Position numbers and translations under genes: made by a program
In this document: positions 1 to 9,212 of the stretch, piece by piece
Layout of the letters: every line of letters begins with the position of its first letter
Numbering within the stretch: the stretch's first letter is position 1
NCBI GenBank assembly: GCA_963785305.1
Contig: CAWAUV010000008.1
Span: 1,485,304 to 1,549,303, forward strand
Reading direction: 5' to 3'
From: an uncultured Planctomycetaceae bacterium
GTDB taxonomy: Bacteria; Planctomycetota; Planctomycetia; Pirellulales; PALSA-1355
DNA: 64,000 nucleotides
The notes under the pieces: generated by a model
Databases searched by the model: none
What the model was told of the DNA's origin: nothing
Seen by the model: the letters and a program-made list of their open reading frames with translations, nothing else

Positions 1-2947
1 CCGTGGGCAGCGTGCCGGTATAGCTCAGTGTCGTGCCGGTCGGATAGTCATGGGCCGTGGTCACGTTGAACGAGCCGCTCGCGCCGAGGTCGAAGATCGC
101 GGAACTGGCGCTTGAAATGGTGGCGGCTTCATCGACGGTGAGCGTGAAGCTTTGCGTGGCGGCCGGGGCCGTGCCGTTCGCGGCCGTGATCGTGAAGGCG
201 TACACGCCGCCCGAGCCGACGGCCGGCGTGCCGGCGAGCGTGGCCGTGCCGTTGCCGTTGTCGACGAACGTCACCCCGGCCGGCAGCGCGCCGGTTTCAC
301 CGAGAGTGGTGGTGGTCGGATAATCGTGGGCCGTGGTCACGGTGAACGAGCCCACCGAGCCGACGGTCATCGTCTGGCTGGCGCCGCTGGTGATCGTGGG
401 CGCTTCGTTCACGGTGAGGGTGAAGGATTGCGTGGCGTTGGGCGCGGCGCCATTGGCGGCGGTAATGGTAAAGGTATACACGCCGCCGTCGCCCGTCGCC
501 GGCGTGCCGGAGAGCGTGGCGGCGCCATTGCCGTCGTCGACGAACGTGACGCCCGTGGGTAGCGCGCCCGATTCGCCGAGCGTCGGATGGCCGCCGACAT
601 GGGCGACGGTCGTGATGGCGAACGACCCGCTCGAGCCCACGGTAAACGCGTCGCTCGCGGCGCTCGTGACCTGCAAAGCCGGCTGCACGACGAGCGCGAA
701 GCTCTGGGTGGCATTGGGCCCGACGCCGTTGGCGGCGGTGATCGTGATATCGTAGGTCCCCGATGTTCCGAAAGCGGCCGTTCCGGCGAGCGTGGCCGTG
801 CCGTTTCCATTGTCGACGAATGTGACGCCGCTCGGCAGCGTGCCCGATTCGCCCAGGGTGGTCGCGGTGGGAAAGTCGGAAGCGGTCGTGATATTGAACG
901 AGCCGGCGACGCCTTCGGTCAGTGTGTCGCCGGTGGCCGATGTAATGCTGGGCGGCTGATCCACGTCGAATGTGTAGGTTTGGCTGCCGGTATACGCGGT
1001 GGGCGACGCGGAATCGGTGGCGGTCACGGTGAAGGTGTACGCGCCGTTGGTCGTGGGCATGCCGCTGAGCACGCCGGCGCTCGAGAGCGTGAGCCCGGGC
1101 GGCAGGCTGCCGGTCGCGCTGTAGGTGTAGGGCGCCGTTCCGCCCGAGGCCGAGATCGATTGGCTGTATGTGGTTCCCACTTCGGCGGCGGGCAAGGTGG
1201 GGGTGAGCGTGATCGTGACCACGTTGAGCGTGGCCGCGTTGCTCGTGGCGTAGCCCACGAGATTGCTGAACACGGCGCGGAAGAGCGCGCCGTTGATCGT
1301 GGAATTCGGGCTCGTGATCGTGAGCGCGCCGGAGTTCACGCCGCTATAGGTCACGCCGCCCGAGGCGCCGTTGACGAGATTCGCATACGAAGCGCCGCCG
1401 TTGGTGCTGACTTGCCACTGCGCGGTGGGGGCGGGCGAGCCGATCGTGGCCGCGGCGGTAAGCGTGAGAGTTTGGCCGGCCAAGGTCACGGCGCTCGTCG
1501 GTTGGGTAGTCACTTGGGGCGCTTGATCGACGGCGATCGCGGCGGACTGCGTGGCGTTTTCGAGCGTGACGGTCGGATAATCGACACCGGTGGTCGAGCC
1601 GGAGAGCAGCGTGGTGGTGGCGACGCCATTGGCGCCGATCGCCACGACCGTGGGCGTGACGGCCGAGCCCGCGAGCCCTCCGGCGCCGAAGGCGACGGTG
1701 ACCCCGGTGAGCGCGGTGCCGGCGATGGGCGTGGTTCCGACGCTCGTGCCGGTGACGGAAACGACTTCGGCCGAGAGCGTGGTCGAGGAATTGGTGGCGA
1801 TGGCGCTCGACGAGGGCACGAGCATGATTTGCAACCGGCTCGTGACATTGACATTGCCGTTGATTTCCTCGGCCGAGCCGCCGCCGGGGAAATTGTTGTC
1901 GCCCCACCAGTCGTTGGTGCAAGTGATCGTGCCGGTTCCGATCGCGCCGTCTTGGACGACGCCGTTTTTGCCGTCGGAGGCGTAGTTGTCGTAGAACACG
2001 CAACCGGTGACCAAGAGATTGCCAGTGGCCATTTCGACGGCGCCGCCGTTCTGCACCGTTTGCTGGACCCGATTGTTGAAGAACGAGCAATCGGTGATCG
2101 ACATCGTGCCGTTGTTGAGAATTTGATCGCACTCAATGGCGCCGCCGCCGACGGTCGCGGCGACATTGCCGGCGAAGTAACAGTTCGACACGATGAAGTT
2201 GCCGGTGCAATTGTTGCCGCTTGAGTCGGTGCCGAGGTCGTCGAAGGCGATCGCGGCGCCGAAGGCGCTCGTGCCGGTGGTGACATTGTTGATAAACGAG
2301 CTATTGGTCACCGTGAGGCTTCCGCCGGAGTTGAGCACCACGGCGCCGGGACCATTGTTCGAGAGATTGCCCTGGATGATGCAATTGTTGATCGTCGTGG
2401 CCGAGCCGTTGCTGCCGCCGACGAAGATCGCCCCGCCGCCATCGGTGCTGCCCGAGGGCGACTGGCCGCCTTGGATCGTCATGTTGTCGAAATTAAGCTG
2501 CAGGGCGTGCGGCGGCTGGGTGGAATCGAAGACCCGGCTATGACCGGTTTGCAATATCACGACGCTGCTCGCGCTCGCGGCGGCGCCGGTCGAGGTGATG
2601 CCCTGGATCGTGATGTTCAGGTCGATCGCGTAGGCCGTGTTGCCGAGCACCAGCGCCACTTGCGTGAGGCGATATGTGCCCAGGTCATTGGGCACGTTGA
2701 TCACGAACGGACCTTGATTGTTGTCGGCGTATTCGATCGCCGAGCGGAGCGAGATATTGCCGCCGCTATCCTTGGGGCTCACCTCATCGTTGGCGACTTG
2801 GGTGTCGGCGGCCGTGTTGACCGTGACCACGGTGGTCATCATCTTGCGATCTTCAAGCGACTCGAAGCCGAGGCCCAGCCGGGCCGATCGTCCCCAGAGG
2901 CCTGAGTTCTTCGCGGTCTTGCGACGGAAATGCACGTGTTGTCCCAT
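1..2947 (-). CDS. Large secreted/surface protein (>=982 aa, runs off window start): planctomycete extracellular leader, CSLREA-like/beta-helix region, tandem putative-Ig repeats
   Basis: Absent from the ORF track because no stop falls in the window. Manual translation from ATG 2947 gives MGQHVHFRRK...RLGLGFESLEDRKMMTTVVTVNTAAD...ISLRSAIEYADNN. It is followed by Gly/Asn/Thr-rich GGAI-type repeats and Ig-like units (LPSGVTFVDNGNGTATLAGT). The frame at the window start matches the frame at the ATG. Confidence 0.85.
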   Translation of the reverse strand, partial: MGQHVHFRRKTAKNSGLWGRSARLGLGFESLEDRKMMTTVVTVNTAADTQVANDEVSPKDSGGNISLRSAIEYADNNQGPFVINVPNDLGTYRLTQVALVLGNTAYAIDLNITIQGITSTGAAASASSVVILQTGHSRVFDSTQPPHALQLNFDNMTIQGGQSPSGSTDGGGAIFVGGSNGSATTINNCIIQGNLSNNGPGAVVLNSGGSLTVTNSSFINNVTTGTSAFGAAIAFDDLGTDSSGNNCTGNFIVSNCYFAGNVAATVGGGAIECDQILNNGTMSITDCSFFNNRVQQTVQNGGAVEMATGNLLVTGCVFYDNYASDGKNGVVQDGAIGTGTITCTNDWWGDNNFPGGGSAEEINGNVNVTSRLQIMLVPSSSAIATNSSTTLSAEVVSVTGTSVGTTPIAGTALTGVTVAFGAGGLAGSAVTPTVVAIGANGVATTTLLSGSTTGVDYPTVTLENATQSAAIAVDQAPQVTTQPTSAVTLAGQTLTLTAAATIGSPAPTAQWQVSTNGGASYANLVNGASGGVTYSGVNSGALTITSPNSTINGALFRAVFSNLVGYATSNAATLNVVTITLTPTLPAAEVGTTYSQSISASGGTAPYTYSATGSLPPGLTLSSAGVLSGMPTTNGAYTFTVTATDSASPTAYTGSQTYTFDVDQPPSITSATGDTLTEGVAGSFNITTASDFPTATTLGESGTLPSGVTFVDNGNGTATLAGTAAFGTSGTYDITITAANGVGPNATQSFALVVQPALQVTSAASDAFTVGSSGSFAITTVAHVGGHPTLGESGALPTGVTFVDDGNGAATLSGTPATGDGGVYTFTITAANGAAPNATQSFTLTVNEAPTITSGASQTMTVGSVGSFTVTTAHDYPTTTTLGETGALPAGVTFVDNGNGTATLAGTPAVGSGGVYAFTITAANGTAPAATQSFTLTVDEAATISSASSAIFDLGASGSFNVTTAHDYPTGTTLSYTGTLPT
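30..960 (-). repeat. Intragenic tandem repeat, 276-bp (92-aa) Ig-like units
   Basis: The anchor GTCGACGAA recurs at 260, 536 and 812, an exact 276-bp period. Units read TAHDYPT/xxP...LPxGVTFVDxGNGxATLxGT. Confidence 0.85.
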
Positions 2948-3031
2948 GATGACGGGGCTCCGCGAACGAAACGTGTTGGATGTGTGGGGGCGAATGGCGA
3001 TCGCGATCGCGACCGTCACGCCGCGACGGAA

Positions 3032-4154
3032 TTACCAGTTGGCCTGGAAGCCGGCCATCGGCCCGTGGAGGAACAGATCGCCCGAATGCGATTGGCTGCC
3101 GAGCTGTTCGGGAGCGAGCGCCAAACCGCCGACATAGAGGCATTGGTAGCCGCCGCGCAGCTCGAAGTGATCGGTGAAGCGGTACGACAGCGTGGCCGAA
3201 AGGTCGAGCACCGTGGCGGCGCCGACCGAGCGGGAACTAGTGTCGAAGGTATTGAAACCGGCGCCGCCGGGCAGGCTGGCGATTCCGGTGGAATTACCAT
3301 TGGATTGGCGATTTTCGATCAAGTTGAGAAAGATGCCCGCCTTGCCGGTGACATCGAAAGTCAGCCGCCGCCAGTTGAGCTTCACATCGGCGCCGCCTTG
3401 GAGGCCGAACATGTAGTTTCCGGCCTTGGTGGTAAGGTTTTCATTGACGCCGAAATATTGATCGCTGCCCGAGATATTGAGGCCTTCGTTCCACTGAAAG
3501 TAGCGGAGACCCACCAGCGGACTGGCGGTGAAATAGCGATTGCCATAGCGGCGGCGGGCATTGAATTCCAAGTTCTCTAGTTGCGAGGTGTACGAATAAC
3601 CCAGGCTCTGGCCGAAGCCGCCGATCAGTTTATCGGCCTGGGTGAAAGGCGACGTGCCCACGACGCCGGCGAGCGGATTGGCCTCGAGTGTGTTCGAGAC
3701 CGACCAGCTCTGGAGGCCGAAATACAGTGTTTCCCACTGCACTCGATCGTCGATCGTTCGCAAGAGCGCGATTCGCGCGCCGGGTTGCATCGTGAAGGCG
3801 ACATCATTGACGTTGAGCGTGCCGACCACGGGTCCGCCGACGCCGACCGAGGTCTCGCCTAGAAACGCGGTCGAGCCGGTGTTGCGCGAAAGCGCCAAGA
3901 CATCGAGCTGCACGCTCCAGTCGGCCAGCCGCTCGGGTCCCAGAATCACTTCGCCCTCGAGCTCCGGCAGCGGCATGGGAATATTGCCGCCGGCAATGGC
4001 GGCGGCGGCGGGGTCGACGACGGGAATCGAGGGCGCGGTGAGCTGCGGCCCGGCTTGCGGCGGGATCAGCGAGCCATCGGCGCCGGGGGTGTTTTGCGCC
4101 TTGCGGCGCGCCCCAGGCGAACAGCAGCATCGCGACCACGATGACACGGCGCAT
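3032..4154 (-). CDS. BBP7-family (planctomycete) outer-membrane beta-barrel protein; one frameshift near 4095
   Basis: Signal peptide MRRVIVVAMLLFAWG lies in an adjacent frame. The body has alternating beta strands (SYTSQLENLEFNAR, LVGLRYFQWNEGL, FELRGGYQCLYVGGLALAPEQ) and ends LFLHGPMAGFQANW with a terminal aromatic residue. Confidence 0.75.
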
Positions 4155-4810
4155 AATCGGAGCTTGTCGGAAGAAGAATCGGAAGAAGAAAATGAAAGAG
4201 GCGAACTCGAAATGGCTTCGTCGGAACGCTTCGCGATCGAGACCTTGCGTCCGACGGAAAAATGCGTCTGGCGGCCATGCGCCATGACGGGCATCCAATT
4301 AACGAAACTACGGACATGGCACAACGGCAGTTGCGCCGCCACCAAGGCTGCTAGCCGAGGACCGAAGCAAGAAATTTGCGGTCGTTGCTTTCGGTGGCGC
4401 CGGGCAGATAGCGGCGATCGCTAGCGAGATTTTCGCGCCGGAGCGAGAGGGATGGTCGCGCGCGGCGAGCCGGTGGTTGGGATCGGCCGCGCGACGTAAT
4501 CGCAAGTTCGATCAGCTTTTCCGATCGTCGCGCCGACCGTCCGGCGGCGCCGAGCATGCCGTAAGCTCGATCGCTGGCGCCAGCGGTCGCGTTTGCCGGC
4601 GCGGGGAAGGCGAGGCGGAAACCGCGGCGCGAAAAATTTGCTCCGCCGGCAAAAATAATTCAAGTCGGCCCCCGATATCGCCGACCGCCCCGCCCTACTT
4701 TGGAAGCGCCAAACGGCGCGTGGGCGTTTGACCCGCGCGCCGTTGGGTTAGCTTTTGGGAAGACGGTGGTTGCCCGATCGATCGAGGATTTTCAAGCGAG
4801 GCGGATTTTC

Positions 4811-5455
4811 ATGGCAGTTGCAAGCATGTCCCGGGGGATGTCTCAAAACCTTCGCCTTGGCGCCGGATGGCTGGCGCTGGCGGTGTTGAGCGGCTGTGGC
4901 GGGTCGGTGAATCGCATCGAGGCGCCGGTGGTCAATCCGGCCGACGCCGGGGCCCAGGCGATGACGGACTACGACACGAACCACGATGGCGTCATTGCCG
5001 GCGCCGAGCTCGACGCCGTGCCCAGCCTCAAGCAGGCGCTGCCCAAGATCGAAGGCGGTCGCGTCACCGCCGATAGCATCGCCGATCGCATCAAAGGCTG
5101 GGGACCCACGGCGCTCATGCAAGTGCAGGCCCGCGTGACGATGGACGGCAAACCGCTTGCCGACGCGGAAGTGAAATTCATTCCCGAAAAATTCGTGGGA
5201 CCCAATGTCGCCCCCGCCCAGGGCAAGACCGACGCCACGGGCGTCGCCGTGATCTCGGGACCGGGAATCGAGAAAAACGGCTTCAAATACACCGGCGTCA
5301 ACAGCGGGTTCTATCGCATCGAAGTGACCAAGCTCGAGGGCGGCAAGCAGATCGTGCCCGAACGCTACAACACGAAGTCCACGCTGGGCACGGAAGTCGC
5401 CATGGGCAACGACGTGCTGCTGACCGGCGTGCGGCTGGAACTCAAGAGCAAGTGA
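4811..5455 (+). CDS. Planctomycete lipoprotein with EF-hand-like loop and carboxypeptidase-regulatory-like beta-sandwich
   Basis: Lipobox LSGC, DTNHDG loop, and VTMDGKPLADAEVKFIP...GKTDATG...YRIEVTK...VPERYNTKSTL, typical of this abundant planctomycete family. Confidence 0.75.
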   Translation: MAVASMSRGMSQNLRLGAGWLALAVLSGCGGSVNRIEAPVVNPADAGAQAMTDYDTNHDGVIAGAELDAVPSLKQALPKIEGGRVTADSIADRIKGWGPTALMQVQARVTMDGKPLADAEVKFIPEKFVGPNVAPAQGKTDATGVAVISGPGIEKNGFKYTGVNSGFYRIEVTKLEGGKQIVPERYNTKSTLGTEVAMGNDVLLTGVRLELKSK

Positions 5456-5555
5456 CGCGCTCGGCGATTCGCGACGAACGGAGGCCGCGCGCTCGCGTGG
5501 TTGGCTCGAGGGTTCTTCGGAGGATTCTTCGTCTGCCTGGAAAGGGGCGAGCGCG

Positions 5556-7043
5556 ATGCGATGCTTGTGTCTTGCGTTTTTGGCGATCGCGCTCTCCCGC
5601 GGCGGGCTTTCCCGCGCGATGGCCGACGACGCGCCGCCCCGGCCGAACATCGTTTATATCCTGTGCGATGATCTCGGCTATGGCGATGTGCATGCGTTGA
5701 ATCCGAACCGATCGAAGATCGCCACGCCGAATTTCGATCGCCTGGCGGCGGAGAGCATGGTGTTTACCGACTGCCATTCGGGCTCGGCGGTTTGCACGCC
5801 CACTCGCTATGGAATTCTCACCGGGCGATACAGTTGGCGATCGAGCCTGCAGCAGGGAGTGCTCAACGGCATGAGCGCGCCGCTGATTGCCCGCGACCGG
5901 CTGACCGTGGCCTCGCTGCTCAAGCGACAGGGCTACGCGACGGCGGCGATCGGCAAATGGCACCTGGGTCTCGAATTCGGCAAGGACCCCTGGACCGACC
6001 GGATGGGAGACGGCCCGCTCCAGCACGGATTCGACACGTTTTTCGGCATTAGCGCCTCGCTCGATATGCCGCCGTTCGCGTTTATCGAAAACGATCGTTT
6101 CACGCAACCGCCCACGGCGACCAAGAAATGGATGCGTGAAGGGCCGGCGGCGAAGGATTTCGAGGCGGTCGATGTGTTGCCGGAATTGACTCGCCGCTCG
6201 AGGGAATTCATTGCCGCCCATGCCGCGGAGGCGAAGCGTGGGCATCCGTTTTTTCTCTACCTGCCGCTTGCCTCGCCGCACACGCCGCTGGTTCCCTCGC
6301 CCGAATGGCGGGGCAAGAGCCCGCTAGGCGAATATGGCGATTTCGTGATGCAAACCGACGCCTCGGTGGGTGAGGTGCTCGCCGCGCTCGATGCCGCCGG
6401 CGTGGCCGAGAACACGCTCGTGTTCTTCACGAGCGACAACGGCTTCGCGCCCTATGTGAAGGCCGATCAACTTGAAGCCCAGGGGCATTACCCCAGCGGC
6501 GACTTCCGCGGCTATAAGGCCGATATCTGGGAAGGCGGCCACCATATTCCGTTCATGGTGCGCTGGCCGGCGCGAGTCAAGGCCGGCTCGCGCAACGACC
6601 AGCCCATCTGCCTGACGGACCTGATGGCCACCTGCGTCGCGATCCTCGGCGAAAAGTTGCCCGATTCGGCCGGCGAAGATTCCGTGAGTCTGCTGCCAGC
6701 CTTGTTGCAAAGCGAAAACGCGCCGCCCCGCCCGGCGGTCGTGCATCATTCGGTGAGCGGCCAATTCGCCCTTCGCGAGGGCAACTGGAAACTCGAGCTT
6801 TGCCCCGGCTCGGGCGGTTGGGCGGCCCCCAATGACAAGGCGGCCGTGAAAATGGGACTCCCGCCGGTGCAGCTTTACGACATGAAGCTTGATCCGGGCG
6901 AGCAGCACAATCTGTCGTCGGCCGAGCCCGAGACGGTGGCTCGCCTCACGGCGCTCTTGGAGAAATACGTCGCCGATGGCCGCAGCACTCCCGGCGCCAC
7001 CCAGTCGAACGACGCCACGGTGCGGATCGTGAAAAAGCACTGA
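5556..7043 (+). CDS. Arylsulfatase (formylglycine-dependent, Cys-type)
   Basis: Signal peptide, PNIVYILCDDLGYGD, CTPTRYGILTGRY, GKWHLG, SDNG, GYKADIWEGG. Confidence 0.95.
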   Translation: MRCLCLAFLAIALSRGGLSRAMADDAPPRPNIVYILCDDLGYGDVHALNPNRSKIATPNFDRLAAESMVFTDCHSGSAVCTPTRYGILTGRYSWRSSLQQGVLNGMSAPLIARDRLTVASLLKRQGYATAAIGKWHLGLEFGKDPWTDRMGDGPLQHGFDTFFGISASLDMPPFAFIENDRFTQPPTATKKWMREGPAAKDFEAVDVLPELTRRSREFIAAHAAEAKRGHPFFLYLPLASPHTPLVPSPEWRGKSPLGEYGDFVMQTDASVGEVLAALDAAGVAENTLVFFTSDNGFAPYVKADQLEAQGHYPSGDFRGYKADIWEGGHHIPFMVRWPARVKAGSRNDQPICLTDLMATCVAILGEKLPDSAGEDSVSLLPALLQSENAPPRPAVVHHSVSGQFALREGNWKLELCPGSGGWAAPNDKAAVKMGLPPVQLYDMKLDPGEQHNLSSAEPETVARLTALLEKYVADGRSTPGATQSNDATVRIVKKH

Positions 7044-7196
7044 GCGCGAGCGGGACGCGGCATTCGCCGATTGGCGCGGTTTTTCGGCAAGGCGCGGCGC
7101 GCAACCGCGAGCGCGCAAAAACCTTGCATTCCCTCGCGCTCTTCGCGCCTTGGCCTTGGATAACCGAGCCGAGTCGGTCGCCGCGGGGCGTCTCGA

Positions 7197-8826
7197 TCAC
7201 GACCGGTCGGCCTTTGCCTTCATGTCTTGACCCCAGTTCGTGTGGTCGGGGCCGGGCCAGGGGTCGACGAAAGCTCGCTCCGCCCAGGCGTTCCAGGCGG
7301 CTTCCATCTGCTTCACGCGGTCGGGCTCGGCGCTCGCCAAGTCGTGCTGCTCGGTGCGGTCGGCATCGAGATCGTACAGCTCCCAGGGGCCGTGCCATTT
7401 TTGCACCAGCTTCCATCGGCCATCGCGCACCGCTTTGTTGCCTTCATGCTCCCAAAAGATCGGCTGCTTGCGATCGAGCGAATCGCCCGCGAAGGCAGGC
7501 GCAAGGCTCACGCCCTCTTTCGGCAAGATCGCGTGGCCGTGATACTCGGTCGGATAGGTGGCGCCGGCCAGATCGACCGCCGTGGCCATCAGGTCGACCA
7601 GATGCGCCGGTTGCTTTTCCAGCTTGCCGCGCCGCTCGGCCGGAATGCCCTTGGGCCAATAGGCGATAAACGGCGAACTGATGCCGCCTTCGTGCGTGAA
7701 ATGCTTGTACCGGCGAAAGGGCGTATTGGCGGCCGTGGCCCAATTCATGCCCAAGAGCACATGCGATTGCGGGCCGCCGATCGGACCTTCGCCTTGCGTG
7801 ACGCCCGGCGGACCGCCCTCGGCGTTGCCGCCGTTGTCGCTCAAAAAAACGATCAAGGTATTGTCGAGCACGCCGCGCTCCTTGAGCCCATCGACCAACC
7901 GGCCGGTGCTGGCGTCGAGCGCTTCGATCATTCCCGCATAGGCGGCCATGATCTGGTCGAAGCGTTGCTTGCGATCCTCGGCCCGCGTGTCCCAGGCCGG
8001 CGAATCGTCGGGCCGCGGCGAGAGCGGCCAGCGTGCATCGACAACGCCCAATTCAATCTGCTTGGCATGCCGCCGCTCGCGGAGCACATCCCAGCCGATC
8101 ATGTACTTGCCGCGATTGCGGGCAATCAGGTCGGCCGGCGCGGAGCGGAAAATGCACCGTGCCTTGTGGCAGATAGAGGAAGAACGGTTTGTCTTCAGCC
8201 CGCGCTTCGTCGATGAATTTCAGTCCCCAATCGACGAACAGATCGGTCGAATACCAATCGTGGCCTAGTTCGGGCGAGTCCTTGGCCATTTCGCGGCCAT
8301 TGAGATAGAGCTTATCCGTGCCGGGCTTATCGGCTTCATGCGGAAAATACACTTCGCCGAAGCGAGAATTGAGCGAGCGCGTGAAGCCGCGCTCCCAGGG
8401 CGGAGTGCCGTTTTGTTGGCCGAGATGCCACTTGCCACACATCGCGGTGAAGTAACCGGCCTCGCGAAGCACTTCGGCGATGGTGACTGCCCGGGGCATG
8501 AGCTTGCCATGAAAGCCGCGCGATCCGGCCACGACCATGTTGTCGAGCCAGCCGAGGCCGGCTTCGTGGGGATAGAGCCCGGTGAGCAGCGCGGCGCGGG
8601 TGGGGCTACAGCGCGGCGTGTTGTAGAACTGGGTGAAGCGAAGCCCATCGGCGGCCAGGGCGTCGAGTCGCGGGGTGGGGATTTCGCCGCCGAAGCAACC
8701 GATATCGGAGTACCCCATGTCGTCGGCGAGCACGATCACGATATTCGGCCGCTGCGCCGCGGCGGCGGCGATGCTGGCCCAACACACCGCGACGGCGCCC
8801 ACCATGAAGCAACGAAGATGAAACAC
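7197..8826 (-). CDS. Arylsulfatase (Cys-type); frameshift near 8130
   Basis: GTG start after a GGGGAGG RBS. PNIVIVLADDMGYSD, CSPTRAALLTG and GKWHLG lie in ORF 8053-9153; SDNGG, KHFTHEGGISSP and WELYDLDADRTE lie in ORF 7197-8102. Confidence 0.9.
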
Positions 8827-9212
8827 CGAACCTCCCCTGATAGAAGCCAGAGTCAGAAATCGCGGCGCATTGCCGGCCGTCGTGAGAACGATCGCGGACA
8901 GGCCATTTTCGCGATTTTCATGGTATCGAGCCGCCGCGCCGCCAGCAAGAAAAAAGCAAAACAAGCCTTTTCTTACTCGACACCACATTTCTCGGGCGCC
9001 GCGCCGAGAGCGCGGCATTTGCTTGCTAGCGCCGCGCATTTCTTGGAGAATCGCCTTGAACACGGGCAGCATCGCGCGCCGCGGTCCGGCCATGACCCTG
9101 GTTCGCCGGTTTCCGCTTCGCGCTGCCTCGCGCGAATCCCGCCCTGATTCCAAACGTCGCTCGCCCCTGCTTCTTCGATCCCTTCGATCTACTCACGCCC
9201 AGGAATGCTTCG

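Noticed and set aside
587..2224. 545-aa plus-strand ORF, and similar long ORFs such as 7227-8216, 19114-20334, 25665-27257 and 39628-41082
   Set aside because: These are antisense shadows of real genes in high-GC DNA, Arg/Gly-rich with no motifs.
4221..4270. c-di-GMP-I riboswitch-like GGACGCAAGG on the minus strand upstream of the BBP7 gene
   Set aside because: No GAAA tetraloop stem or matching P1 could be formed.
9013..9027. Sigma54-like CGGCATTTGCTTGCT upstream of the heparinase-like gene
   Set aside because: GG-to-GC spacing is 9 rather than the required 10 nt; it cannot be supported without corrected reads.
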